From Somniosus microcephalus (Eukaryota), in the NCBI GenBank assembly GCA_052327205.1, contig CM126204.1, positions 278,566,001 to 278,630,000 on the forward strand: a stretch of 64,000 nucleotides of DNA, read 5' to 3'. Below are positions 58,318 through 64,000 of the stretch, one piece after another. The translations under genes and the position numbers were made by a program. The notes under the pieces were generated by a model, which was not told where the DNA came from, searched no databases, and saw only the letters and a program-made list of their open reading frames with translations. Position 1 is the stretch's first letter. Each line of letters begins with the position of its first letter.

Positions 58318-60831
58318 CTACAGATCCAAGCGTCTTGGAGGCTGCCGCTCTCTGACAGGATACCGGCGGTCATCGCTGGCTTCCACAGCAGTAGGCATTG
58401 ACATAGGCCTGGATGGAGAAGGTGCCTGTGTCAGTCGAAAGTCAGGAGTTTGCACAGGTGGAACAGTCTCTTTGACTTCCTGTGTTGGAGAAGAGCACTG
58501 TGGCAAAGGATGCTGGTTTGCGGTATCATCCGGAAACAGTTCAGGCCAACCAGCCGTTGGAACCTCTGTGGCTGTCTCTGCTCCTAGCAACAGTTGATCT
58601 GTGTGTCTTCTCCAGACGACGTCCTCAGCAGTCTCAACCGTGTAAGACACAGGGCCCGTCTGCGCAATTACCGTAGCAGGAACCCATTTCGGTCCAGTGT
58701 TGTAGTTTCGAGCTAGGACGTGCTCTCCCGGATGAAACCATCTCTCCTTGGCTCTTTTCTCTCTCTTTTCAACTTCAGCTTGTTGTTGACGATGGACAAC
58801 CTGCTCTGCCCTTGGAGGTTTGAATAAGTCAAAACTTGTCCGCAACTGCCTCTTCATCATAAGCGAAGCGGGGGAAGTTTTGGTTGTGGCATGCGGCTCG
58901 TTCCTGTAGGACAACAGGAAGCTGTTCAGACGTTGGTGGATTGAGCCCTGACCTTGCGATGCCTTCAAGGCGTGCTTCAAAGTTTGCACGAACCTTTCTG
59001 CCTGGCCGTTAGTAGAGGGATGATAGGGCGCAGACCTGATGTGTTGGACACCATTCACATGCAGGAAGGTTGCAAAATCCTGTGATACAAATTGTGGACT
59101 GTTGTCACTTACGAGTTGTTCCGGTGAGCCATAACGGCTGAACATCTCACCAAGTTTCTCAATTGTTTTCTCTGCCGTGGTAGACCTCATCACAGCGACC
59201 TCCGGCCACTTGCTACGAGCATCTACAACCACCATAAACATCTTCTCTTCGAAAGGACCGGCGAAGTCCACATGTACTCGCTGCCACACTTCTGCAGGCC
59301 AATCCCAGGGGTGTAGGGTTGCCAGCTGTGGAACATTCCGGACCCTTTGACATGGGGAACATGTTTTGGCTTTCTCCTCAATATTCCCATCGAGACCTGG
59401 CCACCAGAAGTAGCTTCTTGCCATTTCCTTCATCCGAACCATCCCACTGTGGCTTGTATGAAGTTGTTGCAGTATAGGTTCCCTCAGAGGTGGCGGAATG
59501 ATGACACGGCGTCCCCAAAGAAGACAACCTGCCTGGATGGAGAGCTCATTTCTTTTTGAAACGTAAGGTTTCAAACTAGGAGAGTCTCCTATAGCTCTCC
59601 CTCGAATGACATCATCCATTACCTCAGACAGGACTGGATCGTTGCGGGTGTACCTTCGCACCTGAACTGCAGTGACAGGTGCTCCCTCCACTTGTCTAAA
59701 GTAGAAGATGTCTATCTGATGAGGCTCTGGGGGAGTAACAGGCAAGGGTAGCCTCGAGAGACCGTCTGCGTTGCCGTGCAAGTCTGATTTGCGATATTTG
59801 ATGTCGTATGTGTGTCCTGACAACAGTAAAGCCCACCTTTGCATCCTGCTTGCAGCGAGAGACGGAATGTGGGGCCCGAAGATTGAAGTCAATGGACGGT
59901 GGTCCGTCAGGAGTGTGAACCTTCTCCCAAACAGGTACTGATGACATTTTCGAATTCCAAAAATGATTCCCAAGGCCTCGCGCTCGATCTGCGCATAGTT
60001 ACTCTCGGCCTTGTTCAAGGTGCGTGATGCGAAGGCGATAGGTTTCTCTTCACCCGAAGGCATGATGTGGGATATGACTGCTCCCACACCATGTGCTGAT
60101 GCATCACATGCTAGCTGCACGGGTAGCTTTGGGTCGAAGTGTGTCAGGACCTCCGATTTCAGCAATGCTTCCTTTGCTTGGGCGAAAGCTTCGTTGCACA
60201 GTTCAGTCCATTTCCATGTTTTGCCTTGACATAGCAACTGATGTAACGGCTTCAGCAATGTTGCTAAGTCTGGAATAAACTTCCCATAGTAGTTAAGTAG
60301 CCCCAGAAATGAACGTAACTGGCTCACATTCTGGGGTGCTGGGGCCTCCACGATCGCCTTGACCTTTGACGGCGCCTTATGCAGGCCAGTAGTGTCAATC
60401 ACATGCCCCAGGTACTCAAATGAAGACTGAAAGAATTCACATTTGTTTTTACGAACTCTGAGTCCGTACTCTTTCAGTCGTTGTAGTGTCGCATCCAAGT
60501 TCAGAAGATGATCCTTCTCATTTGTCCCAGTGACAAGGATGTCGTCCAGGTAGCACTGGACTCCTGGCAGTCCACTCAAAATCTGATCCATTGCCCTTTG
60601 GAATAGAGCAGGGGCCGATGTAATTCCAAACGGAAGGTGGCAGTACCTGTATAGCCCCTTGTGTGTCACAATTGTCAGCAGCTCCTTTGATTTGTCATCG
60701 ACATGCATTTGTAGATAAGCCTGGCATAAGTCTATTTTGCTGAACTTTTGCCCTCCGGCCAGGCCCGTAAAAAGATCATCAATGAGGGGAAGAGGGTACT
60801 GTTCCGCAGACAGCACCGGGTTAATAGTCAC
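58318..60831 (-). CDS. Gypsy C pol (RT, RNase H, integrase)
   Basis: 837-aa frame with KIDLCQAYLQ, YLDD, DAS, HVDFAG, SDN, AER. Confidence 0.9.
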   Translation of the reverse strand: MTINPVLSAEQYPLPLIDDLFTGLAGGQKFSKIDLCQAYLQMHVDDKSKELLTIVTHKGLYRYCHLPFGITSAPALFQRAMDQILSGLPGVQCYLDDILVTGTNEKDHLLNLDATLQRLKEYGLRVRKNKCEFFQSSFEYLGHVIDTTGLHKAPSKVKAIVEAPAPQNVSQLRSFLGLLNYYGKFIPDLATLLKPLHQLLCQGKTWKWTELCNEAFAQAKEALLKSEVLTHFDPKLPVQLACDASAHGVGAVISHIMPSGEEKPIAFASRTLNKAESNYAQIEREALGIIFGIRKCHQYLFGRRFTLLTDHRPLTSIFGPHIPSLAASRMQRWALLLSGHTYDIKYRKSDLHGNADGLSRLPLPVTPPEPHQIDIFYFRQVEGAPVTAVQVRRYTRNDPVLSEVMDDVIRGRAIGDSPSLKPYVSKRNELSIQAGCLLWGRRVIIPPPLREPILQQLHTSHSGMVRMKEMARSYFWWPGLDGNIEEKAKTCSPCQRVRNVPQLATLHPWDWPAEVWQRVHVDFAGPFEEKMFMVVVDARSKWPEVAVMRSTTAEKTIEKLGEMFSRYGSPEQLVSDNSPQFVSQDFATFLHVNGVQHIRSAPYHPSTNGQAERFVQTLKHALKASQGQGSIHQRLNSFLLSYRNEPHATTKTSPASLMMKRQLRTSFDLFKPPRAEQVVHRQQQAEVEKREKRAKERWFHPGEHVLARNYNTGPKWVPATVIAQTGPVSYTVETAEDVVWRRHTDQLLLGAETATEVPTAGWPELFPDDTANQHPLPQCSSPTQEVKETVPPVQTPDFRLTQAPSPSRPMSMPTAVEASDDRRYPVRERQPPRRLDL

Positions 60832-63116
60832 TTTAAAATCCCAGCAGATTCAAACAGATCCATCCTTTTTCAGGACAGGAACAATGGGTGTGGCCCATTT
60901 GCTCACGCTCACAGGCTCCAGGACTCCATTCTCGACTAAGGCCTCCAAGTTAGCCTCAACTTTTGGCCTAATTGCATAGGGTACAGGTCGGGCTTTGTGA
61001 AACTTCGGCTTGCTGTCAGGTTTAATGTCCAGTCTCACGCTGATCTTTTTCATGCTCCCAAGTTCCCCATTGAAGAGTTCTGCATGTTTGTTTAACAGTG
61101 CAGTCAGACCTGACTCCCCTTTTGACATCATGCGGACCGCAGGCCAGTCCAGCATGATTTTCTCTAGCCACGCATGTCCCAGTAGCGATGGGTAATTTCC
61201 CTTTACCACATATAGTGGCAGTTTTGCAGTCTGTCCGTTCAATTTAACTGTCACCTCAAATGACGCCTCTCATGGCCACAGGTTCGCCGGTATACGTCTT
61301 TAGCACAATGTTTGTTGGCTGAAGGGTAAGATGCTTTAGCATTTTGTTGTAGACAGTGTCTGAAACAAGGGACACAGCCGCGCCTGTGTCCACCTCCATC
61401 CGCACTGATTGTCCCTCCACCAGTGGTGACACCCAGTAGCCATTTGAATCACCTGCAACCGTCAGTATGTGCACCTCTTCCTCCTCAGAGGTGTCGCTCC
61501 CCTCTGTTTTGCTTGTTCCATCATACTGCACTGAATGAACACTCTTTTTCCTCTCTTGTCCAAATACAGACATTTTGCTTCCATGCTTCCCAGCTCTGTC
61601 TGTTCTTTTTTTACCTCTACAGGCGCGTTCAATGTGACCCTTTTTGCCACAATTTCGGCATTCCAGCTCCGTACACCAGCAGTCATTAGCGTGATGGCCC
61701 GTTTTCCCACAACGGTAACATGTGCCGTTCCGCGCACCTTTAGGCTCAGACGACACCTTGTGAACTCTCCCTGTTGGACTCAACTGGTGAGCCTCCTTTT
61801 CCGCCATCTCCATGGAGACACTAACTTCAATGGCCTTTTCAAGAGTAAGGTTGTCCTCAGTAAGAAGGCGCTTCTGTGTGGCTGCATTTTGCAGACCCCA
61901 CACGAGTCTGTCTCTAATGGTGTCCTTCAGCACCTCCTTGAACTCGCAGTGTTCTGACAACCTTTTTAAAGCAGCAATAAACATCGTCACTGATTCCCCC
62001 TCCTCTTGATTCCGTCTGTGAAATCTAAATCTCTCAGCAATAACCAGAGGTTTTGGTGAAAAATGTGCTCCAAGAATTTCCACTAGTTGCTTATATGTTT
62101 TAATTCCTGGCTTATCTGGCTGCACGAGGCTGCGAAGTAAATTGAATGTCTTCGGCCCGATTACACTCAAAAAGGTAGGCACGACCTTTTCATTTGCCAC
62201 TGCATTCGCCAATACAAAATAGTCAAAACGTTCCATATATGCGCTCCATTGCTCCACATTTTCATCAAAATCACCGATGTTTCCTAATATAGTAGCCATC
62301 TCACGTTTCAAATTAAAATTTCTGTTTACTCACTGCACCCGTAACGTACACAGATTCATCCGCTCCTCGTTGCCACTTGTTGTGTCAGTACCTTTCTACC
62401 TAGACACAATTTAGGACTCAGAACTCAGAGATTCAAACATGAAGTGCTTTATTGGAAGGAAAGGAGGTTCTGGAAAGTTCCGAACAAAGAGAGCTAAACT
62501 TAACAGAGAACACCCAACCATTTATCTGCTGTGACACCGCCACCACAGGTGGGAGGAGAACACAAAATACATAACAGTGCTGATGGTGGGATATGGCATT
62601 TGCTGATGCCTTCACTCACCTTGACCAGCTGTGTGAGGTCATTAAACTTTTTGCAGCACTGGATCCAGGTCCTGGGGAACCACACTCATCGCAGTGACGG
62701 ATTGAGCGATCTCCTCCCAGATCCTTCTTGTGGTCAACCTTGAAGGCCTCTTGCCCCCATGCAGATAAAGGACGTCCCGATGTTGGACCCCCCAGGACCA
62801 AGGTCTCCAGTGCTGCATCAGAAAAATGTTTTGCCCTTTCTCTCAGGTGTTGCACCATGCCTTCCTTTCATCCGACAATGAGATGCTTCTGCAACAAAGC
62901 CTAGGCCAAACTTTTTGAGCCAGTAGACTGTACCCAAAATTGGACACCTCTCCCCCACCCCATTGAGCGCTAAGCCAATCAGCAGTGCGTTTAGTGCTGA
63001 GATCAGCGCTGTAATCCCAAATTGTGCGTGCTGCCTGCACCACTTCGAACTGGCGCAGGCAAATAGCGCTGGGTGGTGTCCCTGCCCATTTTCTGGCCTT
63101 ATCCAATTTCTAGGCC

Positions 63117-63705
63117 TATAATCCTGGACAAAATTAATTGGCATTTAGAAAATTATGGGTAATAAATGAAAGTCAGCATGGATTTGTTAAAGGCAAATCA
63201 TGTTTGACTAACTTGCTCGAGTTCTTTGATGAAGTAACGGAGAGGGTTGATGAGGATAGTGCGGTTGATGTTGTGTATATGGACTTTCAAAAGGCTTTTG
63301 ACAAAGAACTAGACTTGTTCGCAAAATCAAAGCCCATGGGATTAAAGGGACAGTGGCCGCGTGGATATAAAATTGGCTGAGGGACAGCAAGCAGAGAGCA
63401 GTGCTGAATGGTTGTTTTCTAACTAGAGGGAAGTATACAGTGATGTTCCCCAGGGGTCAGTATTAGGTCCACTGCTCTTTTTGATATATATTAATGACCT
63501 GGACTTGGGTATACAGGGCATAATTCCAAAGTTTGTAGATGATACGAAACTCGGAAATGTAGTGAACAATGAGGCGGATAGTAACAGACTTCAGGAGGAC
63601 ATAGACAGACTGGTGAAATGGGCAGACACATGGCAGATGAAATTTAATGCAGAGAAGTGTGAAGTAAAACATTTTGGTAGGAAGAATGAGGAGAGGCAAT
63701 ATAAC
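63117..63705 (+). mobile_element. CR1 RT fragment (continuation of the host CR1)
   Basis: SQHGFVKGKSCLTNL, DFQKAFDK, KFVDDTKLG. Confidence 0.9.
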
Positions 63706-64000
63706 AAGAACAACAACAACTTGTATTTATATAGCACCTTTAACGTAGTAAAACATCCCAAGGTGTTGCACAGGGAGTATTTTAAGACAAAACATTTGAC
63801 ACCGATCCACATAAGGAGAAATTAGGGCAGGTGACCAAAAGCTTGGTCAAAGATGTAGGTTTGAAGGAGAGTCTTAAAGGAGAAAAGAGAGGTAGCGAGG
63901 CAGAGAGGTTTAGGCAGGGAATTCCAGAGCTTAGGGCCTAGGCAACAGAAGGCACGGCCACCAAAGATTGAGCGATTTTAATCAGGGATCCTCAAAAGGG
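63706..64000 (-). mobile_element. L2-type LINE 3' end
   Basis: (AAC)n tail followed by TTGTATTTATATAGCACCTTT on plus, the same tail as the Deu SINEs; GGAATTCCAGAGCTTAGGGCC encodes PKLWNSLP on minus. Confidence 0.75.

Larger units (their letters stand above)
53050..62576 (-). mobile_element. Ty3/Gypsy LTR retrotransposon C
   Basis: GTGCT TSD (53045-53049, 62577-62581). 5'LTR 62378-62576; 3'LTR 53050-53210 plus 58125-58162. PBS TGGCAACGAGGA; PPT GAGGGGAGGAAA. gag-pro 61256-62311; pol 60850-61254 and 58318-60831 (YLDD). Confidence 0.97.
51430..62858 (-). pseudogene. Harbinger Myb/SANT partner gene, three exons (62858-62620, 52802-52631, 52475 to about 51430), intron 1 expanded by LTR elements
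   Basis: Exon 1 MVQHLRERAKHFSDAALETLV..RTWIQCCKKFNDL with GTGAG donor; exon 2 VAHNRRQQQQMGGG..LTDLEEAVL with CAG/GT boundaries; exon 3 acidic and coiled-coil-like. Frameshifted. Confidence 0.75.
49634..63116. mobile_element. Autonomous-type PIF/Harbinger (transposase +, spliced Myb/SANT gene -), containing nested Gypsy C and B
   Basis: Right TIR AATTTCTAGGCC ends at 63116; left TIR remnant TAGAAATT at 49634. CR1 sequence GGGGAAACTTTTAGAAA | ATAATCCTGGACAAAATT rejoins across it. Confidence 0.85.

Overview
Vertebrate genomic DNA, most likely from a cartilaginous fish (inferred from the CR1, Deu-type SINE, Harbinger and Penelope-type repeat content). One host gene is identifiable and is absent from the supplied ORF track: the first coding exon of NMNAT2 (minus strand, 37901-37985, [28 protein letters not shown], followed by a GTAAG donor). 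It lies in a CpG-rich promoter region with an inverted pair of ZNF143/THAP11-type motifs, an AP-1 site, half-CREs and a split (non-canonical) REST/RE1 site in intron 1. Positions 1-37900 appear to be intron 1; no exon 2 was found by eye. The rest is dense, nested transposable elements: CR1 and L2 LINEs, SINEs, several PIF/Harbinger elements (transposase plus Myb/SANT), MITEs, two solo LTRs and four Ty3/Gypsy LTR retrotransposons, including a four-level nest (CR1 > Harbinger > Gypsy > Gypsy). The most unusual element is the Gypsy at 30627-33292: it has no tRNA-type primer-binding site, carries a perfect 15-nt complement to its own LTR poly(A)-signal region in that position, and its RT has YLDN instead of YxDD. 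All calls were made by eye; no database searches were run.
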